This document shows positions 34,636-47,894 of a stretch of DNA of 64,000 nt, piece by piece (the first letter of the stretch is position 1; each line of letters starts with the position of its first letter). The translations under genes were made by a program, and so were the position numbers. This DNA is from Ostrea edulis (lineage: Eukaryota). The notes beneath the pieces were generated by a model. The model was given only the letters and a program-made list of their open reading frames with translations. It ran no database searches and was not told the DNA's origin. Location of the stretch: the NCBI RefSeq assembly GCF_947568905.1, contig NC_079168.1:26536001-26600000 (forward strand), in the 5' to 3' direction.

Positions 34636-37600
34636 TCAGCTTCGTTTCTTAGAGCAATCCCCATTCGAGTTGGTTTTGACCTCCATATTGTCTGTTTTCC
34701 TGTAGGTCTTTGCGTAGAAATTGAGGAAAAGAATAAACTGCGAAAGTGCAAAAAGGCACTGACACAATATATAAGCCCTGGGAAACCCGCATCCGATATA
34801 GAAGACACGGGCACCGTGCAACACAAACCACACAAACTGTATCTGAAAAGAGAACCCAGACCTCAGAGAATAATCATCTAAAATATAAATAATGTATGTG
34901 TATCTAATATTTCTTACTCCGAATGCGAACAGCGGTTTGGGTCCTAGTTTAAAGGGACATCAGCTGTGAAAGTGATGGCAACTATTTTTTCCCCTCAAAA
35001 TTAGGAATATATATCAATGACTAATAAAAACATTGATATTGTACAAAAACAAGATACACCTAAATCAAATGACGTTAGGTAACCGCTTTTAGTGTATTTA
35101 GAAATGTTTAAGGAAGAATTATTGTCTGGCAAGACAATAATTATTCAATCACCAAGATAACATATTCATGTGCCTGCTTAAAATAATTCAATACTGGTGT
35201 TATTACTTAATTATATGACATAGAGCAATTTTCATTGAATTAATTTTTGGTGACAAATGACAGCTTTGAAGAAGAAGATACCAATTGAAGCTTCGTCATG
35301 TGTTTCTTCCACCACAGGTATTTCTGCATGGACGGTCCAAATGCTGCCAGTAAGTAATAGGTGTACATAAGAACGTGAATGAAACTGTTCAAGCTGACGA
35401 CGAGGTAGGCTGAAATTACAAATGACATATTGCGGTAAGAAGGATAACTCTCTCATCGATAGAGTCACGTTCTAGATTGTGGACTCGGATTTTTGTTGTT
35501 TTGTTGTTGTTGTTTTTTGAAAATCAAAATATGTGAGCAATTTCATTTTCACGCGAAAATGAAATGTCGGATTAAAAAGAAATCATTTATTTTTACAATT
35601 CAACTGAACTTACATTCACCGCCGGAAACGAACTTTGCACCCTGCCAGTACCAGATAGGCATGCAGGCGTGGTGGTACACGTGTAGGAAGGTGATCTGGC
35701 TGTTTTTCTTCCTCAACACGAAAAAAGCCTGCAAAAAGTAAAACAAAAAGCACAATGAGTTTGGCTAATAGTTTTAAAATTTGAAAAATTTCTAACAAAC
35801 TTACTATAGTTTTAAATTTTAAACATACCGTATCAAGCAGTTCTATAAGTTTTGACATATAATACAACCAAATAACTCTGGCCAACTGAAATAAAAAAAC
35901 CAAAACAATTATAAACATCAGCTTCGTGCAACCGCACTTCATATAAAGTTGATTAAATGTTGAAGAAGAATTAAATACTTGGAAATAATGGACATAATGT
36001 CATTCAATATAGGAGATAGTTTCCCTCGATGACGGCTTGATGCAGAAATTATCAATATTTGTCCCATCGCTCTTCTATAGTGTATTTTTATGGTTTATAG
36101 AATTATCTTGCAAGTGGGGAACACAAATTGCAGTCACGTATTTATAATTTGAATAAAATCTGTAAAACAGTAGCAACAACGATACGTATTCTTTGTAAAT
36201 GTTTACAGAGAGGGTTTAATATAAGTTTAAATAGTTTTCAAATAACCTATCACAACAAAATATAGAGAAATTCATATTGAATTCTAATACAAATGCGCAG
36301 TTGTAGAAAATAATCATTTTGTTCAGGGCATACACAGGCCGAGGATTTGATCAGGGCATACGTAGACCGAGGATTTGCGTACATGGACCGAGGGTTTTGT
36401 TTAGGGTGGCCTAATATATAAAATAATCCACCTACTGAACAGTTTTCATTGTGTGGTTCCATTGTACTTTATCCAAACAATTTTAATCATATATCACAAC
36501 ATAAACTAAATCATACACAATTATTTTCCTACTGTCGGGTTACATGTATGTGGCCTACTTTAAGCTCTTTCTTAAATTTCTATTATTCTTCTCAGGTGCA
36601 TAAAAACGCGATTTTGGACTACTCTGTTCCAATGGGCATACTGCGGGTTTTCGCTATTGAAAAATGTTCACAATCGCACAATGCAATAAAACTTCTACAA
36701 ATGTGGAGGATGGCTCTGTAATTTCAACCGTTCACCTTGAGCACCGAGTACGATTCACTAAAGTTACACACGGCCACGCAATCTCCAAGATAACTATAGG
36801 ATATATTGAAAATGTCACTGCATTCAGCAATGCATTAATTGTAACACAATGAGTGGTATCGCCTATTAATATTAATTTTTCATAATTGCATTACAGTGTG
36901 TTTGTTAAAGTTCATAATTAATAATAAATTATTTACGTTCACAGTGATGTTCAAAATTGATAAATCTCATTTATATATGTTTGGAGGAGTAACAAATCCA
37001 TCTCATAAGAAAACTTTTAAAGGCCGTTCCCTTTTCTAACATTTTGCATATTTGCTTGAATGAAAAAGAAAACAGAGTTTTGATGAACAATGTCGTCTCT
37101 TTCGTGGAGTAACAACGGTAGCTCTCACGAATCTAGATTTACCCAAGTCGTTAAAAAAGGTAATGATTATTGATTTCTTTGACTGTAGGAGAGAAAATAG
37201 CTTGTATTTCAAATGAAATCTTGGTAGTAGAAGTGAAAGTTGCAAAACCTTAAAAAAAAAAAAAATGGAGGTCAATATCACGATGGACCTCCCCCTAAAC
37301 GAATCTAAATGTGTGTGAAATATCTGAACACCACTATCACTTTTACTGAAAATTGCGGGAACAAATGGCGGAGATATTCACGTATACTAAGTAAATCATT
37401 ACACTAAGTTTACTTATGTATGATGTTACAAACACAGGTGCACTGCAGTTAATATATGTACTGAAGTGTCAAACTCCATAAAGACGTCTCCCCGAACATA
37501 GCATCAAAATAAACCACTGTAGTTATATGTACTGAAGTGTCAGACTCCATAAAGACGTCTCCCCGAACACAGCATCAAAATAAACCACTGTAGTTATATG

Positions 37601-40456
37601 TACTGAAGTGTCAGACTCCATAGAGACGTCTCCCCGAACATAGCATCAAAATAAACCACTGTAGTTATATGTACTGAAGTGTCAGACTCCATAGAGACGT
37701 CTCCCCGAACACAGCATCAAAATAAACCACTGTAGTTATATGTACTGAAGTGTCAGACTCCATAGAGACGTCTCCCCGAACATAGCATCAAATTAAACCA
37801 CTGTAGTTATACATATGTGTGTACTGAAGTGCCAGACTCCATAGAGACGTCTCCCCGAACATAGCATCAAATTAAACCACTGTAGTTATGCAAATGTGTG
37901 TAATGAAGTGCCAGACTCTATAGAGACGTCTCCCCGAGCATAGCATCAAAATAAACCACTGTAGTTATGCAAATGCGTGAAATGAAGTGCCAGACTCCAT
38001 AGAGACGTCTCCCTGAACATAGCATCAAAATAAACCACTGTAGTTATGCAAATGCGTGTAATGAAGTGCCAGACTCCATAGAGACGTCTCCCTGAACACA
38101 GCATCAAATTAAACCACTGTTCTTATCAGCTGATTACCCTTATTGCTTGAGGATTGTTGGAGTAGTCCACAGGCTGACACACTTTATCAAAGTCAGGATT
38201 AAACCACACAGTCATCAGGGTCTAAATAAAAACAAGAATATCAGTAAATGATGCTCCCCGAGCTGCATCTAAATAAAAACAAGAATATCAGTAAATGGTG
38301 CTCCCCGAACTGCATCTAACCAATGTACTACTTCATATCACGAATGACTTGCATAATGATCAATAATTGTTGAAATACTGTTAATATGAAAGTTTTAAAA
38401 AAAAGATATATTAGGTATATGTTTAGTGACCTTGACCTTAACAAAATGACCTTGAGTAACCTTTGTCTGAAAGTTATTTGCCTATTACATGTACTTCTTT
38501 GTGTGATCAATACCTGCTCAAAACTTGAAATAAGGAACTTTTTTCTGATATAAGGTATATGCTCTGAGTGACCTTGACCTTTCCAAAATGACCATGGTCC
38601 AAAATTCGCCTGTCCAAAGGAATATTTGTAACCAATTACATGTAAGATCAATTTTTGATGAGAGGTTTAAGAGATGGGAACTTTCATATAAAAAAATGTT
38701 GAAATAAGGAACATTTATGTTCTGAGTGACCTTGACCTTTCCAAAATGACCTTGAGAGACATTGATCCGCAATTTCTTGACTCAAGTAACAATTGTGATT
38801 AATTATATCTATTTCTGATAAAAGGTTTAAGAGATATGAGCTCAGAAGGACGGATGGATGGACATGATAGCGACTATATAATCCCCCGAAATTTTTCGGG
38901 GAGCATAAAATCGCAACATTAAAACACGATTATAATTCCCATATATGGTGGAGCTCAAATAAAATCCAAAAAGAAAGTTATCATGCATTTTAGTAAATTA
39001 TAACATGCACATACCTTATAAAACACATGCATACCTCATAAAACACGTACACATCTCATAAACACGTACACATCTCATAAACACGTACATACTTCATAGA
39101 ACGCGCACATACCCCATATAACACGTACATATATCATAATACATCATAAAGCACGTATACACCTCATAAAACACGCACATGCCTCATAAAACATCATAAA
39201 GCACATACATACCTCATAATACATCATAAAACACGTACACCTCATAATACATCATAAAGCACGTACATACTTTATAAAACACGCACATGCCTCATAAAAC
39301 ATAATAAAGCACGTACATACCTCATAAAACACGCACATGCCTCATAAAACATCATAAAGCACGTACATACCTCATAAAACACGCACATGCCTCATAAAAC
39401 ACGTACATACTTCATAAAACACGGACATATTTGATGAAACACGTACATATCTCATGAAAAACGTACATATCTCATAAAACACATACATCTCATAAAACGT
39501 GTACATACCACATAAAGCACGTACATACCACATAAAAACGTAGATACCTCATAAAACACGTACATACCTCATAAAAACGTACCTACCTTATAAAACACGT
39601 ACATACCTCATAAAACTCGCACAATCCTCATAAAAGATCATAAAGGACGTACATACCTCATAAAACACGTACATATCTCATAAAATACGTACATATTTCA
39701 TAAATCACGTACATATCTCATAAAACACGTACATACCTCATAAAACACGTACATATCTCATAAAACACTCACATACCTAACAAAACATCATAAAGCACGT
39801 ACATATCTCATAGAGCACTTACACACCTCATAAAACATGTACATATCTCATAAAACACGTACATTCTGATTCCCCATAAAACATGAACATACCTCATAAA
39901 ACATGTACGCGCTTAGTAGAACCATAGAAAAGTTATAGATGATCATGACAGTTTTTAGGTCGTATGTCTTCCAGGACTTCATCCATATTGGTCCCATCTT
40001 AACCAAATACAGATACACGCCGATAGTCAGAAGAAGTGGTACTGGAGATCGAACCATGAACCAGTCCTCCGTCCGCGGGTCTGCACAGGTTAAGACAAGT
40101 TTGGTTTAGTATATCAGACATCTTTATTTTCTTTCGGCATGATTGTGTCCAAGAGCCTTAACAATGAATTTTTCAAGAAAACGTGGTTGAGATAGAGAAA
40201 TCCTACAAGAATTCCTAATTTATCTATATATGACCGGCACAGCTATGAAACGAGCTCTCCAAAGATACAAAACGTTACAGATGTAGCACTTAGTAGTTGT
40301 CCTTTAGTATTGATTAGTGACTTAAGGTAAAGAAAATGTGGTTTTTCTTTCATTTTCGTCATTGAATATTTTGATGCAATCTTTACAACGTGACTTACCA
40401 CTCAGGTCCTCCATAACGTAGTGATAAAATCGGCGGACCTCCGTGATGGTTGTCAT
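34636..40456 (-). CDS. ELOVL: Elongation of very long chain fatty acids protein (ELOVL family), 278 aa, 7 coding exons
   Basis: Exons 40456-40399, 40080-39893, 38221-38138, 35885-35829, 35728-35614, 35409-35282 and 34842-34636. All GT-AG, phases close, 837 nt. Motifs KxxExxDT (SKLIELLDT), HxxHH (FLHVYHH), NxxxHxxMYxYY, TxxQxxQ and C-terminal KKRS. An acceptor at 40477 implies an upstream non-coding exon. Subfamily not assigned. Confidence 0.95.
37441..38120. repeat. Minisatellite, 71-bp unit (later units somewhat longer), ~9 copies, in ELOVL intron 3
   Basis: AAACCACTGTAGTTAT...CTCCCCGAACATAGCATCAAAAT repeats at 37511, 37582, 37653 and onward. Confidence 0.95.
38230..38910 (-). mobile_element. 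HINE-like element in ELOVL intron 2, 3' end abutting the exon 3 acceptor
   Basis: Minus-strand 5' box TTTTATGCTCCCCGAAAAATTTCGGGGGA plus GTCC microsatellite at 38910-38845. Internal GACCTTGACCT satellite-like repeats. Inverted TGCTCCCCGA at ~38250 and ~38300, followed on the minus strand by TCTTGTT. Confidence 0.55.
39010..39910. repeat. Minisatellite, ~20-bp unit AAAACACGTACATACCTCAT, ~40 copies, continuous with the ELOVL exon 2 donor
   Basis: Read directly; on the gene strand the unit is ATGAG|GTATGTACGTGTTTT. Confidence 0.95.
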
Positions 40457-43400
40457 GTTTGGTCACTATTCAGACTCTGAAATAGATCACAGCAATAAAA
40501 AGGATGAGGGTTACATATTGTGTCTCCTTTAAGATGGCCTATTTTGAAGTGGGTCAGTAGAACATTGTTTAAGAAAATCTTCCGCATGCTCTATACACAG
40601 AATAAAAACTCATCTCATGGATTTACTTCCCTTTTCATTTCAACATATCGTTTACTTAATTCAGAAGTATTCATCACATATATATACTGTAATACAATGG
40701 ACAGGATTGATCAAAAGCTAGGGAAGTTATGCCTTTGCGCGTTCTCTCCTTACCTACCGGTAGTAGTGTTAATCCAGGCTTCCACAGCAAATTCAAGTGA
40801 GGCATACAAGCTGTAACGGGCGGTAAATAAATTGAAATTCTACTCATTTAAACCTTTCTTGAAGACTTGCAATGGTCAAACTTCTAGGGCACTTCACCCA
40901 CAAACTATTGTCAGGGTAAGAACAAAAACAATGATGACATAATTATGGATAACGGCCTAATGCTATAATTGTTTAGAATATGATTGAGCTTACCCGCGTC
41001 ACATGTGTAGCTGTGGATCTGTAGCTCTCTGGAAAAATATTGGGACAATATTTTCCCAGAGACCTACATATCTCTATCTACTTGACGCTAGTCGACGCCT
41101 ATTCACAACGAGCAATGGTTTGTTCTTTGCCTTCTGTGATTACATATTGTACGTTTTCCCGCGTAGCAGAAAATATAAATCTTAATCATATATGTATTTT
41201 GACATTGCCATGCATAGAAAAAACCTTGAAAGTCATGAAATGTACACCACAACGCTAGTGCGGATGCAAAAGTAATTACCGAAAAACAAATAAGAAGCAC
41301 ATTATCACCTACATATAGTGTTTTGTGTTTTGGTTATTTCATTATTTAGAACGATACACGAAAGCATGTTCTACTTATGATCAATTTTCAAATCAAAGTA
41401 AGCTATAGAAATTGCTTTCTGATGTGTTTCATACCGTTCTTTATAAACTGATGTTGACTATGGATTACTCCGTTTACCTGATCAAGATATAGGGCTTACA
41501 GCGGGTGTTAACGGTCAACAGGGGATGCTTACTCCTCCTAGGTATATGATCCTACCTTTGATATCTCAAGGGTCCGTATTTGCCGTTCTAATAATTTTGT
41601 ATTACCTATGAGATTGGTCACTGTTCGTTGTCTTCACTTGTACACAAACAAGTGTTTTCTTTGGTCCTATATCACACAATGTTAAAAGTAAATATTTCTA
41701 TATAAATGGGCTATTTGAAAATCATAATGTACAACCTTGACCTCGGTGTTTTCAAGGTCAGTACTTGCATGTATATTCACATCAAAAGTGGAGAATGAAT
41801 AAGAACTTTAAACCATTTTTATTTGTTCTCATATAGTATAAAAATGACCCAGATTGGCAGAATTTCCATGTCCCATATCAAATCTTAAAGGGAAAAAAAA
41901 GGATCAAACCCAGGTACATTGTAAGAAATTGGGGTGATTTGTCAACATGTTTTTGAGCACTAGGCTACTGCGATCATTGAGATAGTCCCTTGAAATAAAG
42001 TAATTAAAGTCAATTAAAGACCTATGCAAAATTGCAGGTATTGATCGGAAAGGTAGCGGTAAACCAAATCCTCACAAAAAATTAAATACAAAGTTGTTTT
42101 TGAGGCTCACCAGCTTGTGAACTGCGAGGGCGAGATCTTCATCATCGACCTCAACGATCTCAAAGGCTATGTGACATTTATAAATTTTTCACGTGCTTCG
42201 AAGGCCCGCCCATCACTGCTGGTCTGTCAGTCCCGAACTTGCCGGAAAGACCCGAGAACATTGCGATTGACACCTGCCTGACTTTCTGTATCCCGACTCC
42301 GATTATATTACAAGATCACTCAATAATCACTCTTCATAATTCGATGTCACAAATACTTAACTTATACCCAATTTAGTTTTCTAACTACTTACATGTATGT
42401 AGGAATTTTAAAAAAAAGGGGGGGGGGTTACGTTCTACCATTAATTTTTGTTTTCAAACTGGAGGGGGGGGGGGGGGGGGGTTCCACCTCAAAATGCGTA
42501 ATTTTTACCTTTTTTTTATTGAAATTTTCTGACGGAAAGGAAGGGGGTGGGTGATGGTGGTTGTGGTGGTGGTGGTGGTGGTGGGGTGGGGGGGGGGGGG
42601 GGTCCGACACCCGGACCCTCCTCTGGATCCGCCACTGTATGATCATACAAGAAACCCAGAATTGTATATATACTTCTTTAGACTTTCACTATTTTGTGTT
42701 ATTGGTCCAGATTCTGTGTATCCTTTCCTTAGTGTCATTCTACTCATTTTAACACCAGAATCCGCAGGATAATGGTAAATGTACGAACTTTCAATTCAAG
42801 CTACATAATTTGATGCAAATCATCCGAAACACATCGGACCTTTGAAAGGCCCGAGGTGTTCCGGATGAACCCCACATCGGACTCGTTGTACATAATTTAT
42901 GTGTGATACAGGTATCGTCGATAATCTAAAGGATATGCAATGTTTTCTTGTTGGATATAGAATTTATTTCACGAGTAAGACAGGATGGCTATGGTTAGGA
43001 CTAGACTCGAACCAACAAAAAAGTCCCCCACACCAGCGTACTGGTGCAGAGGACAAGTTAGTGAAAAAATAATATCTGAATGTGAAGCATCTGGTGTGAA
43101 ATTTTAGGCCTAGGCCTATTTCTTAAAAAAAAAAAAAATCCCGTTTCACGAGTGAAATCAATTCTATACCCAACAACAAAAACACAGAGTTTTCTGTTTA
43201 TTACATTTTCTTCGGTTTTTCCTCCTTCAGCACTTTTAGCTGTCCCTTTATAAACACTGATAAATTTATAGAAATCACTTGCATCGCACAAGGACTGACG
43301 AAGCGAGAAACCGCCATCTTGGTTCTTATGTATGTACTTTAGTGATCAAATTTGAAAACGCAAGGTGGAGTTTGCAATGAATGTTGATAACAGAAGATAT

Positions 43401-45373
43401 GGATTGACTACATGGTAATATAAGTTTAATGTTTACTTCACAGCACAAAATCGAGTTTTGAGTCGCTCTCACAGAAAGTACCGGAAAGTTTTTAAAAATG
43501 TAGGCCTGACATCACACTAAATATGTCATGTAGGGAAAAAGCTATAGATCTATATAGACGCTATAGCCTAATATGCAGTTTTTGCTTAAAAAAAAAATTA
43601 AACTAGACTACGTTATAACATGTTATGGGCTATAACTTACCATAGCATGCAGCATCACAGATCTATGCCAATCGATAGGACGTGACGTCAGCTGATACAT
43701 TTTGCTAGACATGACGCATTTTATATACATTCTAGGCGGATCAAGCACCCCCCCCCCCCCCAAAGTGAAAATTCAATTAGTTTTGGGTATCAAATAAAAA
43801 AACATGAAAGATTAATTATATATAGGCTAAGGTGAAATGAAGAGGATCTTATGTATCACGGATAAATTTTTGTGGCAAGTAGTCCTATTTCACACTGAAA
43901 AAAACCCACTTAAATCATTATAGCAATGTGAAAATATCTTTCACTGTTGAAAATGTAAAAAAAAAAATGCATACTATACCAGGTGTAGAACATTTATACC
44001 AGCATGTTACCGATAAGATCAAGACTGGCTTAAACCAATCTTTTCAAAAAATAAAAAAAAGCAAAACAAAAAAGAAAACTACATAAATCATGTTGATTCT
44101 CTAACTACATGTATTCTCATGTTAATGTAGTAATAGACTATGGACCAAAATCAATACAGCACAGCTTATCGTAACAATAGTTTTATCCACACAATCAAGC
44201 AGTTACAACGCAACATCCCATTCACAATTTACAAGTTGTAGTATCGTGTAGATCGTCGAGATGATCCAATGTACAGCATTTCTACAAATACATGATCAAA
44301 TTCTATAAAGTCCTCATACTTGGTGATATACCGGGGCATTCATAAGGACAACAGAATTTACGTTCTTGCATCTTCTAATTCTACTATAAGTGGTGACATT
44401 TAGAACAAAATCCAGGCTCTAACGATACCCAGGCATATGTGGTCACGTGAATCGGAAATGAGAGCCCCCCCCCCTCCCCCCTTCGCCACAAATTTACAAG
44501 GCATTACTGGCATAAATAGATGAAAACTCCAGGTTTGGTCACCCAAAATGGCGGAGTATTTTGGACAATACTTGACTTTAACATGTACCCCCCTCCCCCC
44601 TTTTTTCCCCGGGGAAATCCTGGATCCTCCACTATGAATTATTAGAAAACTTCATAATTCTAGTACATCTTAATGTTCAAAGTTTAAGGAACGACATCAT
44701 CCACATAGAATTTAGTATGTACAGTGTCCAAAACACTTTTAATAGTCTTTCACATCCAGCTGAATATAATTAAGACCACAAAGTATCCTTTATTCTTCAA
44801 AGTAAACTATATAGTACTTGACCTATCCAAATTAGTACAATCACAACGAAAAAGTATTCAAAATTTGTACAAAATTCTAACTGGGTATGAACTTTTAAAA
44901 AAGAATATAGTATGTAAATTGTTATTTGTGGTATATCTTTGTTCTGCTATTTATCAAAGTCCATCACCTATATGTAATGTAGTAATACATTAATTTGTAT
45001 TGTGCTTATATGTTATGATATTTTGTCTGTCTCGTCGGGAATTTTTCACTCATATTGAGACGTCACTAGATGTAGGTGAAATACTACTGTAACAAATTTA
45101 GACCTATGCATAGTGCTCAGGACTGTAGCAGTGAGGGTTTTCTTTCTATCGTGCCAACACCTGCATGCTGGGACACGGGACCTCCGTTTTTAAGGTCATA
45201 TCCGAAAGGCACGAGGCTCTCATGTCCGAATACCAAATTTTTGGCGAAAGAACAATCCCTATCTATAATTCCGTCCTGTTTGACGCGGCCATGGCACGAG
45301 CGGGGCTTGAACTCAAGACCATACTGTTACAAAGCGAACGCTCTAGATATAATTGGGGATGAAAATCACTTCG

Positions 45374-45805
45374 CTGTAAGCGTGAATTCATTATAAGCGT
45401 GTTCACTGTAACCATGTTCTACTGTGTGAATTCATTATAAGTGTGTTCACTGTAACCGTGTTTTACCGTAAGCGTGAATTCATTATAAGCATGTTCACTG
45501 CAACGGTGTTTTACTCTAACTGTGAATTCATTATAAGCGTGTTCACTAGCTGTAATCATGTTTTACTGTAAGTGTGAATTCGTTATAAGCGTGTTCACTG
45601 TAACTGTGTTTTACTGTAAGCGTGAATTCATTATGAACGTGTTTATTGTAACCATGTTTTACTGTAAGTGTGAATTCTTTATAAGCGTGTTCACTGTAAC
45701 CGTGTTTTACTGTAAGCGTGAATTCATTATGAACGTGTTCACTGTAACCGTGTTTTTGCTGTAAGTGTGAATTCACTTTAAGCCTGTTCACTGTAACCGT
45801 GTTTG
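45374..45805. repeat. Minisatellite, 48-bp unit, ~9 copies, each with a GAATTC
   Basis: ACTGTAAGCGTGAATTCATTATAAGCGTGTTCACTGTAACCGTGTTTT repeated; the 16-aa periodicity of ORF 45546-45791 confirms the period. Confidence 0.9.
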
Positions 45806-47894
45806 CTGTATATACATTGCATGTTTCGTATAGACTTCATATTTTCTTGGTATCATTTATACACTATATTGTGTAGATCTCTCATTAACACCAAAGTATA
45901 TATTAAGATATTACTTAAGATGGCCGTCGCGATCGGAGGTGTGTTAACAGCTCTCTTACTCTTTTGGATTTTAATGCAGTTTCAAAATGTTTTAATCAAA
46001 CAAGAAGTAAAGGAGGATTTTAAATACTGTCCAGGATTCTGTTGGCCAATTTTAACACCGAAAGTTTTGTGCTTTGGACAAGAAATTTTAAACAGAAGTT
46101 TTGGAAATTTCAATCAAAACAATCGATCGACGAGGAACAAAAGCGTAGTGAGTACAAATCAACTCTTGACTTTTCTATGTTTATTGTTGTCAAATGATAT
46201 ACAGTTAAATCCCGGTCCAGCTGGAAATTATCTATGTATTTGCTGTGATAAAGAACAAATTTTAAACACAGAATTTGGACCTGGAAAGTTTGAGTGGATC
46301 TGCGATTCATGTATAGATATTTGTAGTGGAAATTCCACCGTGGGTCAGAGTGTGAATGAAATTTTAACAACTTTAACTGAAATTAAAATCAAAGGATACA
46401 CTGTTATAAGGAGGGATCGTAATCGGCATGGAGGAGGTGTACTCATGTTTATTAAAGAAAAATGGACTGTAATGAACATATGCAAAGATGAAAATTTAGA
46501 ATTTTTGACAATAGATATCAAACTTCTTAATTCACCAAAAATCAATGTAGGAGTTGTTTACAGACCGCCCGATTCCAACTCACAATGGATAGAGGATTTC
46601 GAGGAGCGGATGGAGGATTTGTCAACTTCCTGTACCGAACAAGTTATTATGGGCGACTTCAATATAGACCAATTAAAGTCTTCAAGTTTTAAATCCGCGA
46701 TGGAAACATGCGGTCTTACTCAAATGATAAACGAGCCTACCCGTGTGACGTGCGATAGCAGTACGTTGATAGATCATATATATGTTAACCATCCCGTATT
46801 CTATATCTCCAGGGGAGTGATACCAATCGGGCTGAGCGATCATCACCTCATATATTCGATACGAAAGAAATTTAAAGCTGTTTCACCACTTGACCATATT
46901 CATGTAAAGTATAGAGATCAAAAGAAACTAATTGAAAGAGATTTTATTAATGATCTTAATGCTGTTGATTGGAACTCGCTGAAATCATTACCCGACATCG
47001 ATAGCATGTGGTCGTCTTTCCATTCTATGTTCATGACAGTTGTCAACAAGCATATGCCCATAAAAGAACGACGTATCCGCAGTGACTCTGAGAAGTGGAT
47101 ACTTTCAGAAATGCGACAGAGGGATATATTACACCGCCGAGCAATAAAGTCACGTGACGAATCTGACTGGAAATTATATAAGACCGCAAGAAACAGGGTT
47201 GTGAACAAAATTAACGATGCTAAACGCGAATTTGTGGAAAGTGCAATAAATCAAGCCAATACAAAACCAAAAGACATGTGGAAAAAATTAAAACAATTCT
47301 TACCAACGAAATCGGCAACCGCTACGCCAACATATTTAGAAATGGACGGACAACCCGTTACAGATACAAAAGAGATGGCCAATACTTTTAACGACTTTTT
47401 TTGCGGCATTGGACACAAATATGCAGAGAAATTTGACAGTTCATTGCCTGAAATTGAACAATTAATGCCTATAGGGGGTCTTTTAGCATTCCAAATATTT
47501 CTATTAATTTTGTCAGAAATGAAATAAATGCTATGTCAAATTCGAAGGCTACGGGGTTAGATGCTATTTCTGTAAAGCTGTTGAAAATTAGCTTGGGTGT
47601 GATTGGTGAAATTTTAACATATCTGTTAAACATGTCTATAAAAAGTGGTGTGGTTGCATCCGAATGGAAAAAAGCTAGAGTTACCCCTCTTTTTAAATCT
47701 GGTGACAATTTTATGGTGAACAACTATCGACCCGTGTCAGTTTTAGCAATCGTGAGCAAAATTATAGAAAGGCATGTTTTTAACTCATTTTACGAGTATT
47801 TGGATAAAAACAATCTTTTAATGGAACATCAATCCGGTTTTAGACCAAAGCATTCTTGCGAAACAGCACTTCATAACATTATTGATAAATGGTT

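Noticed and set aside
37441-38120. Regular repeats resembling a CRISPR array (also 39010-39910, 45374-45805, 59205-60890)
   Set aside because: Units are head-to-tail with no unique spacers, there are no cas genes, and the context is eukaryotic introns.
42111-42310. Candidate non-coding first exon of ELOVL (GTGAG donor on the minus strand)
   Set aside because: Plausible but indistinguishable from other candidates without transcripts.
42428-42772. Poly-His/Pro and poly-Trp/Gly ORFs
   Set aside because: Produced by a (GGT)n microsatellite and G runs within a short GGATCC-type repeat; not coding-like.
43300-43700. YY1-like (GCCATCTT) and CRE (TGACGTCA) motifs as a promoter
   Set aside because: Short motifs expected by chance, with no gene start tied to them.
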